Positions 48,500 to 58,538 of a DNA stretch of 64,000 bases are shown here, piece after piece. This DNA comes from Bacteroidia bacterium. GTDB taxonomy: Bacteria > Bacteroidota > Bacteroidia > AKYH767-A > OLB10. The notes beneath the pieces were generated by a model. That model did no database searches. It saw only the letters and a program-made list of their open reading frames with translations, and was not told the DNA's origin. The stretch covers positions 2,440-66,439 of the forward strand of contig JBBRAW010000006.1 of NCBI GenBank assembly GCA_038206385.1. The letters are read 5' to 3'. Position numbers and translations under genes: made by a program. Each line of letters opens with the position of its first letter. Position 1 is the first letter of the stretch.

Positions 48500-48745
48500 T
48501 AAAAACACCTTGTGTCTTTGTGGGATGTATTTTCACATATTCAGCAGATACGTTTTAAAGGTATTTGACGAATGTCCATTCTGTTCCAAAAAAAAAGAAC
48601 TTTGTGGACTTTGTGTCTTTGTGAGATGCATTTTTAATTTTGTAGAATATATGTTTTACAAAGTGTTGATGAACCTGTAATCTGTTCCAAAAAACCTTTG
48701 TTGACTTTGTGTCTTTGTGAGATGCGTTTTTAATTTTGTAGTATC
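48500..48745. repeat. about three degenerate direct tandem repeats of ~92-96 bp
   Basis: Cores at 48508-48527, 48600-48628 and 48696-48724 ('CTTTGT[GT]GACTTTGTGTCTTTGTGAGATGC[AG]TTTTTAATTTTGTAG'), each followed by '...CTGTTCCAAAAAA'. The repeats contain TAATTTTG (-7-like) elements on the + strand. Confidence 0.6.
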
Positions 48746-48927
48746 GCAAAACTTAAAAGAGATATGCCAATTAATTAGGCTAAACATACTTTAAAAATTA
48801 TTTTAAAGTCTAACTCAATGGGAACTCTAAAACACTTACAAAAACACCTCGAACAATAAAACCGGTTAATTCATCTTCAACTAACTCAATTGGTTTATAT
48901 TTTATTTTATCTTTAAAAGCGTGTCAT

Positions 48928-49893
48928 TTATCTTGGTCCCATAAATCTATCTCCATTAAAGTGAATCATGTGCTCTGGCACATCAGCCAGCCACACTTCA
49001 GTTTCCCAAGCAATATTATTGGAGTGTTTTTTGAATTCTGCGAAATCAGGAAATGCTGTTACATAAATTTTTCCCGCTTTACAATTTTTTAAAAATTCTT
49101 CTAGTTCAATAACTCGTTTTGGTGAAACAGGTCCATGTGATGTAACTGCTTCGATTAAAAACAACCAGTTCTTTGTATGATCATAAATGATAACATCTGG
49201 TAGTTTGTTGTGTTGATTTACTGGAATGCCCAATTCTTTCAACATTTTTTTGTCAACATATAAATCTTTTTTTGCAGTATCGCCCAAATATAAGATCGAT
49301 CCGCCATTTGCAAAACGTGCTGCAAAATTGTGAACTATGGCTGCTTGAACTTCGTTATGTTTTCCCGCAGATAATTTTAATGTTTTACCATTACTAAGTT
49401 TAACAGGAATTAAAATTTGTTTTCGTTCTTTTTTATATTTTTTTGATAGATCGCCTTCTTCAGATATAAATTTGCCAACTGCTTTTTTCCACTCTTTTGT
49501 TCCAAATGTTTTGATTGCGTCTAATGCGCCTTGTGTTAAAGCGTAGTGAGCATTTGGGCTGTTTACTGGCAGTTTCGGGTTATCTGGATTATAGTCTGCT
49601 ATCCTTGCTTGAACAAATTGATGCAACACTTGCCTACGAAAAGTTTCACGAGAATTGGGAGCATATTCTCTCCCATAAAAATCATACACAAAAGCCATAA
49701 TCCCTTTCGAAATTTTTTGACTTGTTTTTGTTACTTTATTCCATTTATTACGTGGTTTAATTCCTCCCAACGCTAAAAGTGTATATGCAGATGTGTCGTT
49801 TTGCTGGGCTATCGGCAGTCCAAGTTCTTTCAAAATCATTTTTGCTTCGTCTAGTTTACTCATATAGGCTTGTTGCGAGTTCAAATTGTTCAA
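48928..49893 (-). CDS. type II restriction endonuclease, BsuBI/PstI family
   Basis: Size (~320 aa), position directly after a gamma-class N6A methyltransferase with an 8-bp ATGAGTAA overlap (if start at 49863), and a C-terminal 'LFLIEAVTSHGPVSPKR' core typical of the family. Confidence 0.7.
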   Translation of the reverse strand: MNNLNSQQAYMSKLDEAKMILKELGLPIAQQNDTSAYTLLALGGIKPRNKWNKVTKTSQKISKGIMAFVYDFYGREYAPNSRETFRRQVLHQFVQARIADYNPDNPKLPVNSPNAHYALTQGALDAIKTFGTKEWKKAVGKFISEEGDLSKKYKKERKQILIPVKLSNGKTLKLSAGKHNEVQAAIVHNFAARFANGGSILYLGDTAKKDLYVDKKMLKELGIPVNQHNKLPDVIIYDHTKNWLFLIEAVTSHGPVSPKRVIELEEFLKNCKAGKIYVTAFPDFAEFKKHSNNIAWETEVWLADVPEHMIHFNGDRFMGPR

Positions 49894-51442
49894 TTACCTT
49901 ATTGTTTGCATTTTCTACCGAAAAATCATTTGAAAGAATGATGTTTTTCCCAATTTCTATTATTGTTTCAAGTTCAGGCAGTGGGAAATCCCTAAGTTCT
50001 GTCGCACTTACATTTACGTTTCCGTTAAATATTCTGAAATAGGAATCGAAGAGAGTGCTATTTAGTAAAGCACACAATCCAATAATTTCATTTCTATCCA
50101 AATGACCTTTGGGACGATAAATATAATTTACTTTATTCTCAACACCAATGTATTCTGATTTAATAAAATTACAGAAGTAGGGAGCTGCAATTAATCTACT
50201 CTTATCATCTTTACTACTGAAACGCCTTAGTAAAATATAATTTTTGTTTGGAATTAAAATAGATTTTGATTCATTTTCAATGCTTATATATTGTCCTTTC
50301 TCAGGCTTTGGAAGAGGCCATTCCAAAATCATTTGTTTTATATTATGCAGCCAAAATAATGGAGCAAGAAACACTGTTCCATTTTGGTAGTTGTCTTGAA
50401 TATATTCTTTGCTTCTAAAACCAACAACAGGACCTGTTGAAATTTGAATATTATATTTATTTAAATTTCCGTTCCATTTTTTGAAAATATTTAAAATAGA
50501 TTCTTCAAAATCATTGGTTGGCAAATAAAGGATTTTTTCATTTGAATTTAAATCAATCAATACTTTTTGCTTGAATGTTTTTGTTTGGGGCGTAAGAATG
50601 TCTTTTAATCCCTGAGATGATGAAATGATAACATTATGATTGGGATTGTTTTTTTCTTTTCGTTTTCCATTAATAATTACAGTTTCCTGTAATACCTTGT
50701 CTCTATTAAATGTGTCTTTACGGGAAACGAATAAATGCACATTATCGATCTCAATGATTTTAAAAAAGTATTCGCGAAATAATTTGAAATAACTTCCAGA
50801 AGCGAAGCTTCGGGGAGTTATAAAAATAAGTTCTCCATTTTCTTTAAGCAGTCTAGCGGAAACAGCCATAAAAATGGCATATATATTCGGATGCCCATTT
50901 ACAACCCTTTTAGCAGCTATAGAACGCTTGTCGTCTATAGAGAGTTTAAAATAAGGAGGATTAGAAATGATTATATCAAACGGCTCTGTTTTTTCTGAAA
51001 ACATATTTATATTTTCTGAAAGACAGTTGGCATTTTCCAAAACAAAATCATTTGTATTAAGCAAATAATTAAATTTAATTTTCTTTGATTGCAACCATTC
51101 CTTTATATAATCAAGTGATTTTTTTGTTAGCGGAATTAAATTATTGTCCGTTTCATAAACTACTAATTCTATAAATTGAATATTTTTATTTGTTGCAAGT
51201 CGTTCTATTAAGGCGCAAGTCAAAATTGCTGTTCCACAACCTGGATCAAGAATTCGCAAAAAAGTATTTGAAGTGTTTGCAAAGGATCCCATTAGTTTGG
51301 CAATTTCTACAGGCGTAAAAAATTGTCCGTTTTCTTTTTTGTGTTCCTGATTTACTGTTGAAGCATAATAAATCCCCAACCTGTCGGCAAAATGACTCGG
51401 TAGCTCGTTTGCTAAAGGTTGTATAGAATTATTATTTGCCAT
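49856..51442 (-). CDS. N6-adenine DNA methyltransferase (Eco57I/M.PstI-like, gamma class)
   Basis: 'FFTP' then SAM motif I 'ILDPGCGTAILT' then catalytic 'IIISNPPY'. Start taken at the internal ATG (MANNNS), overlapping the C-gene stop by 11 nt. Confidence 0.85.
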   Translation of the reverse strand: MANNNSIQPLANELPSHFADRLGIYYASTVNQEHKKENGQFFTPVEIAKLMGSFANTSNTFLRILDPGCGTAILTCALIERLATNKNIQFIELVVYETDNNLIPLTKKSLDYIKEWLQSKKIKFNYLLNTNDFVLENANCLSENINMFSEKTEPFDIIISNPPYFKLSIDDKRSIAAKRVVNGHPNIYAIFMAVSARLLKENGELIFITPRSFASGSYFKLFREYFFKIIEIDNVHLFVSRKDTFNRDKVLQETVIINGKRKEKNNPNHNVIISSSQGLKDILTPQTKTFKQKVLIDLNSNEKILYLPTNDFEESILNIFKKWNGNLNKYNIQISTGPVVGFRSKEYIQDNYQNGTVFLAPLFWLHNIKQMILEWPLPKPEKGQYISIENESKSILIPNKNYILLRRFSSKDDKSRLIAAPYFCNFIKSEYIGVENKVNYIYRPKGHLDRNEIIGLCALLNSTLFDSYFRIFNGNVNVSATELRDFPLPELETIIEIGKNIILSNDFSVENANNKVIEQFELATSLYE

Positions 51443-51740
51443 TTTTATTTTTAATAATATAATTAATTTTCTTTTCGGCAACTTGCATAGCCTTTAAAGC
51501 TACTTCTTCGTCTCTAACTTCATAAACCAATTTGTCACTAAAAAATGATATAAGTAATTCGTTCTCGTCTTTTCCAAAAAATTTGGCAATCCGTTTTACT
51601 TGATCTTTTGTTGGCATTCGTTCGTTGCGTTCGATTTTACTTAACAAGGCTTGGTCAATTTCAATTACTGCTGCAACTTGTCTAAGTAATAGAGAATTCT
51701 GTTCTCTCAATTCTCTAATTATTTCTCCTATGCTTTTCAA
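51432..51740 (-). CDS. XRE-family HTH controller (C) protein of the R-M system
   Basis: 102 aa, HTH 'LRQVAAVIEIDQALLSKIERNERMPTKDQVKRIA'. It is the first gene of the C-M-R operon, with a TTG start at the track boundary. Confidence 0.7.
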   Translation of the reverse strand: MKSIGEIIRELREQNSLLLRQVAAVIEIDQALLSKIERNERMPTKDQVKRIAKFFGKDENELLISFFSDKLVYEVRDEEVALKAMQVAEKKINYIIKNKNGK

Positions 51741-51758
51741 TTTGTATATATTTGACTT

Positions 51759-51771
51759 GACATTTAATGTC
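51759..51771. promoter_or_regulatory. perfect 13-bp palindrome GACATTTAATGTC, candidate C-box/operator
   Basis: It lies 19 bp upstream of the C-gene start, preceded by 'GACTTGAC'. C-proteins typically autoregulate through palindromic boxes at this position. Confidence 0.4.
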
Positions 51772-51968
51772 CAAAAGTATTGAAGGAGTTTGAATTATCA
51801 AATATTTTTTATTAATAATTGTTTTGTCTGTGATAGGCAGAAATTTCCCATCCTAAATTTCCCACTTCTCCAACTACCCTTATCAACATTCAAATGCTAA
51901 AAAGCATCCTGAAAAACATGGTTCTATAAAGAGGAAAAACCTAATTTCGTATCCTCAAGAAGAAAGTC

Positions 51969-52400
51969 ATGGAAGTGAAAATCATTAATCGCTCGAAACA
52001 TAGCCTACCCAACTACGAAACGGAGTCCTCCGCTGGGATGGATTTACGAGCCAATCTCGATGAGGTAGTTACTATTCAATCGCTTCAACGTGTGATGATT
52101 CCTACTGGTTTATTTATGGAGTTGCCGATAGGCTTCGAAGCTCAAGTTCGTCCTCGTAGCGGATTGGCATGGAAACATGGCCTTACAGTATTAAATAGTC
52201 CGGGAACAATTGATGCCGATTACAGAGGAGAAATCAAAGTGATTCTTGTAAATCTCAGTAATGAGTCCTTCGAAATAAAAGACGGTGAACGTATCGCTCA
52301 AATGGTCATAGCTCGTCATGAAAGAGTGCAGTGGAAAGATGCTGTTGAACTTCAGGAAACAGAACGTGGAGCAGGAGGATTTGGCTCGACAGGAAAGTGA
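51969..52400 (+). CDS. dut: dUTP diphosphatase
   Basis: Five dUTPase motifs including 'AGMDLRA', 'RSGLA', '[10 protein letters not shown]' and a C-terminal '[10 protein letters not shown]'. Confidence 0.95.
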   Translation: MEVKIINRSKHSLPNYETESSAGMDLRANLDEVVTIQSLQRVMIPTGLFMELPIGFEAQVRPRSGLAWKHGLTVLNSPGTIDADYRGEIKVILVNLSNESFEIKDGERIAQMVIARHERVQWKDAVELQETERGAGGFGSTGK

Positions 52401-52499
52401 AATTATTAGGTAACACCTTTTATATTACAGTATTTAACAATTCACATATTATAACCTTTGAAAGTTGTATAAACACAGCCTTCTGAATTATTCATTTCT

Positions 52500-53501
52500 A
52501 TGAAAATCATCGTTCCAATGGCGGGTATGGGAAAAAGGATGCGCCCTCATACGCTAACTACTCCTAAACCACTTATCCCCGTAGCAGGTAAACCAATTGT
52601 TCAACATCTTGTTGAAGATATTATCAGGATGTGCAACCAAAAGGTAGATGAGATCGCTTATGTGGTAGGACATTTTGGTGCTGAAGCAGAGAAAAATCTT
52701 ATTCAAATTGCTGAATCATTGGGTGCAAAAGGAACGATTCATTATCAAGATACTCCTCTGGGAACGGCCCATGCAATACTCTGTGCTGAGTCAGCGTTAA
52801 CGGGGCCAGTGGTGGTCGCTTTCGCGGATACACTATTCAGCGCCGATTTCAATATGGATCCTCAATGTGATGGCGTTATCTGGGTAAAACAAATCGAAGA
52901 TCCTCGCCAATTTGGTGTAGTAAAAACGGATAAAGATCAAGTAATTACCGATTTCGTGGAGAAGCCTCAAGAGTTTGTGAGCGATTTAGCCATTATCGGA
53001 ATCTATTATGTTAAAGATGGCGATAACTTGAAAAAGGAATTGCAATATTTAATCGATAACGACATTAAAGATAAGGGTGAATATCAACTTACCAATGCGC
53101 TAGAAAACATGAAAGCAAAAGGTCTGCGTTTAAAAGCTGGTCGTGTTGATGAATGGCTCGATTGCGGAAATAAAGATGCAACAGTTTATACAAATCGTAG
53201 AGTGCTGGAAATTAAATATCCAAAATCTTATATCGCTAAAACAGCAACACTAACAAATTCGATAGTGATTGCTCCTTGCCATATCGGTGAAAACGTACAT
53301 CTCGAAAATTCAGTAGTAGGACCGTTTACTTCGGTAGGCAATAACACAAAAATTATTGGTAGCGTAGTTAAGAATAGTATCATTCGCGATCATACTTCTA
53401 TTAAAGATGCAGGTTTAGATAATTCATTAGTTGGAAATCACGTTCATTACAAGCAAAAGCTCAACGATTTAAGCATGGGCGACTATACAACAGAATCATG
53501 A
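52500..53501 (+). CDS. sugar-phosphate nucleotidyltransferase (GlmU/RmlA-like N-domain plus LbH C-domain)
   Basis: 'IVPMAGMGKRMRP...TPKPLIPV' NTP-transferase signature and hexapeptide repeats in the C-terminal third. Confidence 0.8.
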   Translation: MKIIVPMAGMGKRMRPHTLTTPKPLIPVAGKPIVQHLVEDIIRMCNQKVDEIAYVVGHFGAEAEKNLIQIAESLGAKGTIHYQDTPLGTAHAILCAESALTGPVVVAFADTLFSADFNMDPQCDGVIWVKQIEDPRQFGVVKTDKDQVITDFVEKPQEFVSDLAIIGIYYVKDGDNLKKELQYLIDNDIKDKGEYQLTNALENMKAKGLRLKAGRVDEWLDCGNKDATVYTNRRVLEIKYPKSYIAKTATLTNSIVIAPCHIGENVHLENSVVGPFTSVGNNTKIIGSVVKNSIIRDHTSIKDAGLDNSLVGNHVHYKQKLNDLSMGDYTTES

Positions 53502-55252
53502 TCAACAGTAAATTTTTTCTTTGCGGATTCGCATTGATGGTAATGATGAGCGCTTGCAGTAGTACAAAAAGTACTTCTGTAAAATCATCGTCGGGAACTA
53601 CTTCAAAAAGTAATGCTGCTGCCTTAGAAGAGCAACGTGTAAATGCTACCTATACTTTCTTCAATGCTGTAAAAGAAAAGTTAATCGGTAATCCTGAAAA
53701 AGCTGCAACCGAATTCGCAACATGTTTACGTAGTGATCCAAAAAATCATGCAGCGATGTATGAATTGGCATCCATCTATAGCGATAATAAAAAATACAAT
53801 GATGCATTATTTTTTGCAAAAAGCGCGAATGAGTTAGATCCAAAAAATGAATGGTATGCTTTGCTTTTAGCGGATACTTATGAAAAAACAGGAAAGTACA
53901 ATGAAGCAAGTACGATCTATCAAAAATTAATTAAAGATCATCCTGATCATGTAGAATATTATTTCAGTCAAGCAGAAACATTTTTATATCAAAACAAAAT
54001 TCAGGATGCAATAAAAACGTACGACTTAGCCGAACAAAAAATTGGTGTTAGTCGTGATTTGATTTTACAAAAGCAACGTCTTTATTTAAAGATGGGAAAA
54101 GTAAATGAAGCTGCGGCAGAGCTTGAAAAACTAATTAAATCGGAGCCTGTTAATCTTGATAATTATTCTTTGCTTGTTGAAATGTATCAGGTAAATAATT
54201 TATCGGATAAAGCATTTGAAACGATTCAACGAATGCAAGCTATCGATCCTGAAAATCCGAATGTAGCATTATCACTTGCAGAATATTATCGAAGCAAAGG
54301 ACAAAAAACAGAATCGTTTGAGCAATTAGAAAAAGCTTTTCGAAGTAAAGATTTAGGAAGTGATACAAAGATTCGAATTCTTACAAGTTATCTTCCAATA
54401 GTTACTAGTAATCCTGAGCTACTAACGCAAGCGTTATCGTTAAGTAAAACAATGAGTACCATTCATGCCACTGAAGCTAATCCACAAGCTGTTTATGGTG
54501 ATTTCTTGGCAATAAATAAAAATTACGAAGAGGCAAGAACACAATACAGAGCTGCGCTTGCACTTGATAAAAAAAATCTGCAAGCATGGTTACAATTATT
54601 AGCTGTTGACCAGGAGCTACGTGATTTTAAATCGATGGAAAAAGAGGGTGAGGAAGCTATTTCACTTTATGCAGATCAAAGTTTACTTTATCTCTATACA
54701 GGCATTGCAAAAATTCAAAACAAGAATTATGAGGCAGCGGCAAAAACTTTGCTTTCAGGAAGTAAAATGGTTGTTGATAACGATGCACAATTAGTTGATT
54801 TTTATTCCAACCTTGGTGATACGTATAACAATTTAAAAAAGTATGAAGAGTCAGATAAGTATTATGATAAAGCATTAACGATTGATGCAAACAATGCATA
54901 CGTGTTGAATAACTTTTCCTATTATTTATCACTTCGAAAAGATAAGCTTGACAAGGCGGCTGAGATGGCGAAGAAGGCAAATGATTTAACACCCAACTCC
55001 TCAAACAATGAAGATACTTATGCATGGGTTCTTTATTCGCAAGGAAAATATGCTGAAGCAAAAACATGGTTAGAAAAAGCAATCGTGAACGGTGGTGATA
55101 AAAACGGAACCATCCTCGAGCATTATGGAGATGTTTTATTTCGTTTAGGAAATACGGATGACGCAATGAGCAATTGGCAAAAAGCAAAACTCACAGGTGA
55201 TCATAGCGAATTTCTTGATAAAAAAATTGCTGATAAAAAAATCTATGAGTAA
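53498..55252 (+). CDS. tetratricopeptide-repeat lipoprotein
   Basis: Lipobox 'MSACSS' followed by about 12 TPR units. Its start overlaps the upstream stop (ATGA). Confidence 0.8.
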   Translation: MINSKFFLCGFALMVMMSACSSTKSTSVKSSSGTTSKSNAAALEEQRVNATYTFFNAVKEKLIGNPEKAATEFATCLRSDPKNHAAMYELASIYSDNKKYNDALFFAKSANELDPKNEWYALLLADTYEKTGKYNEASTIYQKLIKDHPDHVEYYFSQAETFLYQNKIQDAIKTYDLAEQKIGVSRDLILQKQRLYLKMGKVNEAAAELEKLIKSEPVNLDNYSLLVEMYQVNNLSDKAFETIQRMQAIDPENPNVALSLAEYYRSKGQKTESFEQLEKAFRSKDLGSDTKIRILTSYLPIVTSNPELLTQALSLSKTMSTIHATEANPQAVYGDFLAINKNYEEARTQYRAALALDKKNLQAWLQLLAVDQELRDFKSMEKEGEEAISLYADQSLLYLYTGIAKIQNKNYEAAAKTLLSGSKMVVDNDAQLVDFYSNLGDTYNNLKKYEESDKYYDKALTIDANNAYVLNNFSYYLSLRKDKLDKAAEMAKKANDLTPNSSNNEDTYAWVLYSQGKYAEAKTWLEKAIVNGGDKNGTILEHYGDVLFRLGNTDDAMSNWQKAKLTGDHSEFLDKKIADKKIYE

Positions 55253-56102
55253 TAAACGTTACTTGCATATTCGGATTTTGATTGCCGTTATTGTATTGCC
55301 GTTTATTTTTTTAAACAGTGGATGCAAGAGCACTAAAAGAGCTGCAACAGCAGTAACAATGACGCCGCCAAAGCCATTGGAAGATCGTTCCGTACAAGAC
55401 TTACTTGAGAAGCTCGAGAAAAATTCTTTTAAGCCTGAATACTTATCAGCAAAAGCAAGTGTTGTAATGAAAGGAGGAGAAAGTGAAACTTCTTTCAACA
55501 TTACAATTCGATGCAAACGAGATAGCATTATTTGGATTTCTATTTCACCATTATTAGGAATAGAAGTTGCACGTGTTTTAGTTACTCCAGATTCAGTAAA
55601 ATTTATTGATCGTATTCATGGAAAATATCAAGCAAGTAGTTTTGAAACGATCAATAAAATATTACAACTTAAAGTAAATTTTGAAATTGTACAAAGTATT
55701 TTACAAGGAAATTTCTTTGCTTACAAGAAAAATGAAAATAGATTTAATTCTGTTTACATAGAAGATAAATATTATATTCTAAGTTCATTAACGAAGAAAA
55801 AACTTCGTCGTTCACTTGAAGAAAAAGATCCTAATAGCGCAGTTATTCAAGATGTTTTTGTAAACGATTCTACTTTTAGAGTGACGCAAGTTCAAGTAGA
55901 AGATCAAAAAATTTCGAAGACATTATTAACTTCCTATTCTGATTTTCGCGGTACGAATGCTGGAGTGTTTCCTTACAAACAAGAAACGAAAGTGATTGCA
56001 GATAAAAATTTTGAGATAACTATTGAGTATGGCAAACTAAATGCCGGTGAGCCACAAGAATTCCCATTCTCCATTCCAGCAAATTATGAGCGTATTCGCT
56101 AA
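55245..56102 (+). CDS. putative outer-membrane lipoprotein (DUF4292/LolB-like)
   Basis: Signal plus lipobox 'FLNSGC' when started at the internal ATG, which overlaps the TPR gene stop by 8 nt. About 280 aa, beta-rich. Confidence 0.45.
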   Translation: MSNKRYLHIRILIAVIVLPFIFLNSGCKSTKRAATAVTMTPPKPLEDRSVQDLLEKLEKNSFKPEYLSAKASVVMKGGESETSFNITIRCKRDSIIWISISPLLGIEVARVLVTPDSVKFIDRIHGKYQASSFETINKILQLKVNFEIVQSILQGNFFAYKKNENRFNSVYIEDKYYILSSLTKKKLRRSLEEKDPNSAVIQDVFVNDSTFRVTQVQVEDQKISKTLLTSYSDFRGTNAGVFPYKQETKVIADKNFEITIEYGKLNAGEPQEFPFSIPANYERIR

Positions 56103-57318
56103 GCGAGTTATTTATTGTATGATTTTTTTGCTGCTTCCATTTATGGGAAGTGCGCAAACAAAAAAAGATTTAGAAAGTCGTAAAGCGAAACTTCAGAAAG
56201 AGATCGAGTTTACCAATAAACAATTACAAATTGTAAGTCAGAATAAATCTGCTACCGCTGAACAGTTAGCAGCTCTTCGAAAAAAAATATCGTTACGTGT
56301 AGCATTAATAAACACCATCAATTCAGAAGTGAATTCTTTAGGTGGTGAAATTGAATCTACTTCAAAAGAAATTACAGGCCTCGAATCGCAAATGGCACGG
56401 TTAAAATCCGAGTACGCTGAGATGATTCGTTATGCATACAAAAACAGAAATGTTTATCAACGCTTGATGTTTGTTTTTGCAGCTGATGATTTCAATCAAG
56501 CATATAAACGATTAAAGTATTTGCAACAGTACAGCGAATATCGTCGTCAACAAGCTATTTTAATTGGACAAACCCAAACAAAGCTTAGCGATAAGAAAGT
56601 TGTTTTAGAAACTCGTAAAAACGAAAAGACGAATCTGCGCAACAATCAGCAGCAACAAAAAACAACTCTAGAAAAAGAACAAGTTGAGCAAGATAAGTTG
56701 ATGAAAAATCTCACTACACGTGAGAAAAAATTGCGCAAAGATTTAGCCGAGAAACAAGCTGCGAAATTAAAATTAGATCATGCAATTGAAAATATTATCC
56801 GTAAAGAAATTGAAGCGGCAAGGAAAAAAGCGGTTGCTTCTGGCAAGAAAAATATCACTAATACCAATGTTTTTAACTTAACTCCAGAGTCGCAAAAATT
56901 ATCAAATAGTTTTTCTGGTAATCATGGTATTTTACCTTGGCCCGTTGATCAAGGATCGATTGTTAGCACCTTTGGCGAACATCCACATAAAGAGTTGAAA
57001 GGGATTATGATTAAGAATAATGGAGTAGATATTCAAACTTCGAAAAATGCTTCTGCTAGAGTTATTTTTGATGGGACGGTTAGTGGGGTTATCAGTATTC
57101 CAGGTGCTGGGAAAGCTTTAATCGTTCGACATGGAGAATATTTAACAGTGTACTCGAATCTTGAAAGTGTATCCGTAAAAACGGGAGACAAAGTAACCAC
57201 TAAACAACATGTAGGGATAGTGGCTGCGAATAGCGATGGTGATCATGGTGAGTTGCATCTCGAAATTTGGAAAAATAGTAGTAAAATGGATCCTCAAACC
57301 TGGATTGCTAGACGATAA
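56086..57318 (+). CDS. EnvC-like murein-hydrolase activator / M23 (LytM) peptidase with N-terminal coiled coil
   Basis: Signal peptide, about 230 aa of heptad-rich coiled coil, and a C-terminal LytM fold ('HGEYLTVYSNLESVSVKTGDKV...HLEIW'). Confidence 0.8.
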   Translation: MSVFAKRVIYCMIFLLLPFMGSAQTKKDLESRKAKLQKEIEFTNKQLQIVSQNKSATAEQLAALRKKISLRVALINTINSEVNSLGGEIESTSKEITGLESQMARLKSEYAEMIRYAYKNRNVYQRLMFVFAADDFNQAYKRLKYLQQYSEYRRQQAILIGQTQTKLSDKKVVLETRKNEKTNLRNNQQQQKTTLEKEQVEQDKLMKNLTTREKKLRKDLAEKQAAKLKLDHAIENIIRKEIEAARKKAVASGKKNITNTNVFNLTPESQKLSNSFSGNHGILPWPVDQGSIVSTFGEHPHKELKGIMIKNNGVDIQTSKNASARVIFDGTVSGVISIPGAGKALIVRHGEYLTVYSNLESVSVKTGDKVTTKQHVGIVAANSDGDHGELHLEIWKNSSKMDPQTWIARR

Positions 57319-57463
57319 ACTTCTATTTTGATGTTGCTTCTATTGGAATCATACTACTGATTTTCAGGAATTAACAAAAAAAATAGTTCGTACCTAAAAA
57401 GCCATTTATATTTCTTCATTATCAATCGTAGCTTTTTTCGTAGATTTGCTAACGTAATAAAAA

Positions 57464-57670
57464 ATGATCATGATCAATACAATTCTTCTCGGTATTCTAG
57501 GTGGCATGGGCGGCTCAGAAACGCTCCTAATTATCTTAGCATTATTACTCTTTTTTGGAGGGAAAAAAATTCCTGAATTAGCAAAAGGGTTAGGTCGTGG
57601 GATTAAGGAATTTAAAGATGCATCGAAGGGTGTAGGTGAAGACGAAAATAAAATCGAAGAAAAAAAATAA
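57464..57670 (+). CDS. tatA: twin-arginine translocase subunit TatA/E
   Basis: TM helix followed by amphipathic '[21 protein letters not shown]'. The true start may be the internal 'MGGSE' ATG at 57506. Confidence 0.85.
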   Translation: MIMINTILLGILGGMGGSETLLIILALLLFFGGKKIPELAKGLGRGIKEFKDASKGVGEDENKIEEKK

Positions 57671-57693
57671 CAAAAGTCTTTCTATAATAAATG

Positions 57694-57729
57694 AAAAAGC
57701 CCTGTAGTTCTCTTACTATAGGGCTTTTT
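57694..57729. terminator. rho-independent terminator after tatA
   Basis: AAAAAGCCCTGTAG-loop-CTATAGGGCTTTTT (one G:U wobble) with flanking T-run and A-run. It is bidirectional between tatA and the convergent SRPBCC gene. Confidence 0.6.
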
Positions 57730-57772
57730 CATTTTGTTCCATTTAACACCAATGGTATAAAAAATTGTTTTG

Positions 57773-58315
57773 CTAGAGGATAGGTGCGTGCGTTTTCTCA
57801 GCAATACTTTTAATATCATTTAATCCTTGAGTAAACATTTCTCCCATCATTCCTTTAGATGCTGCAACCATTACTTTTACAAATGGATTATTACCAACAT
57901 CACTTTTAAAATACCAAGTGACTTTTGTTCCTTCTGCAACTTTTTCAAATTTATAACCACTTTCACCAAGCCCACGATTTTTAAAATCAAGTATTGTTAC
58001 GATCAATTCATTGGGTACAACTTTTGAAATTGTTAATGTACCTGTTCCTGTATTTTTGTTTGGACTAGCCCATGAATACGACGCTCCTTTACCTGAAGGA
58101 ATATCATTGTAAGTTACTTTAATCATTGTATCTGCCTTTTGCCACGGCGACCATTTCTCCCAATTTTTTAATATATTTACTTGATCAAAGACAACTGCTG
58201 GTTCTGCTTTTATAATAACAGATTTTTCAAGATTTACATTCGAAGGAAGAAACAAACCAATGACCATAGCAATACCAATTACTATCAATAAACCGATGGC
58301 TATTTTTTTGAGCAT
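57773..58315 (-). CDS. membrane-anchored SRPBCC (polyketide-cyclase/START-like) family protein
   Basis: N-terminal TM helix, then an approximately 150-aa domain with the 'W.PW' beta-grip pattern of SRPBCC ligand-binding proteins. Confidence 0.6.
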   Translation of the reverse strand: MLKKIAIGLLIVIGIAMVIGLFLPSNVNLEKSVIIKAEPAVVFDQVNILKNWEKWSPWQKADTMIKVTYNDIPSGKGASYSWASPNKNTGTGTLTISKVVPNELIVTILDFKNRGLGESGYKFEKVAEGTKVTWYFKSDVGNNPFVKVMVAASKGMMGEMFTQGLNDIKSIAEKTHAPIL

Positions 58316-58538
58316 GTTGATTTTATTGTTTTTAAATTAGGTGTACGAATTTAATTTATTTTAACGAATCACGTAGTAGGTCGGGACAAGTTGTTAAGTC
58401 TAATATATTCGATATCTCTACTTTTTTTAATGATACAATTATTAGAATTAATTTTCATAAAAATTTAAAATGGAAAATCAATTATTTAAGATCTTGATTA
58501 ATTTATTATTTATCAAATATGATTTTTATCAGTTAATT

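Noticed and set aside
48555-48749. 64-aa minus-strand ORF with an internal 'YKIKNASHKDTKSTK' duplication
   Set aside because: It is simply the translation of the ~92-96 bp DNA tandem repeats. The peptide repeat is a by-product of the DNA repeat, not evidence of a protein.
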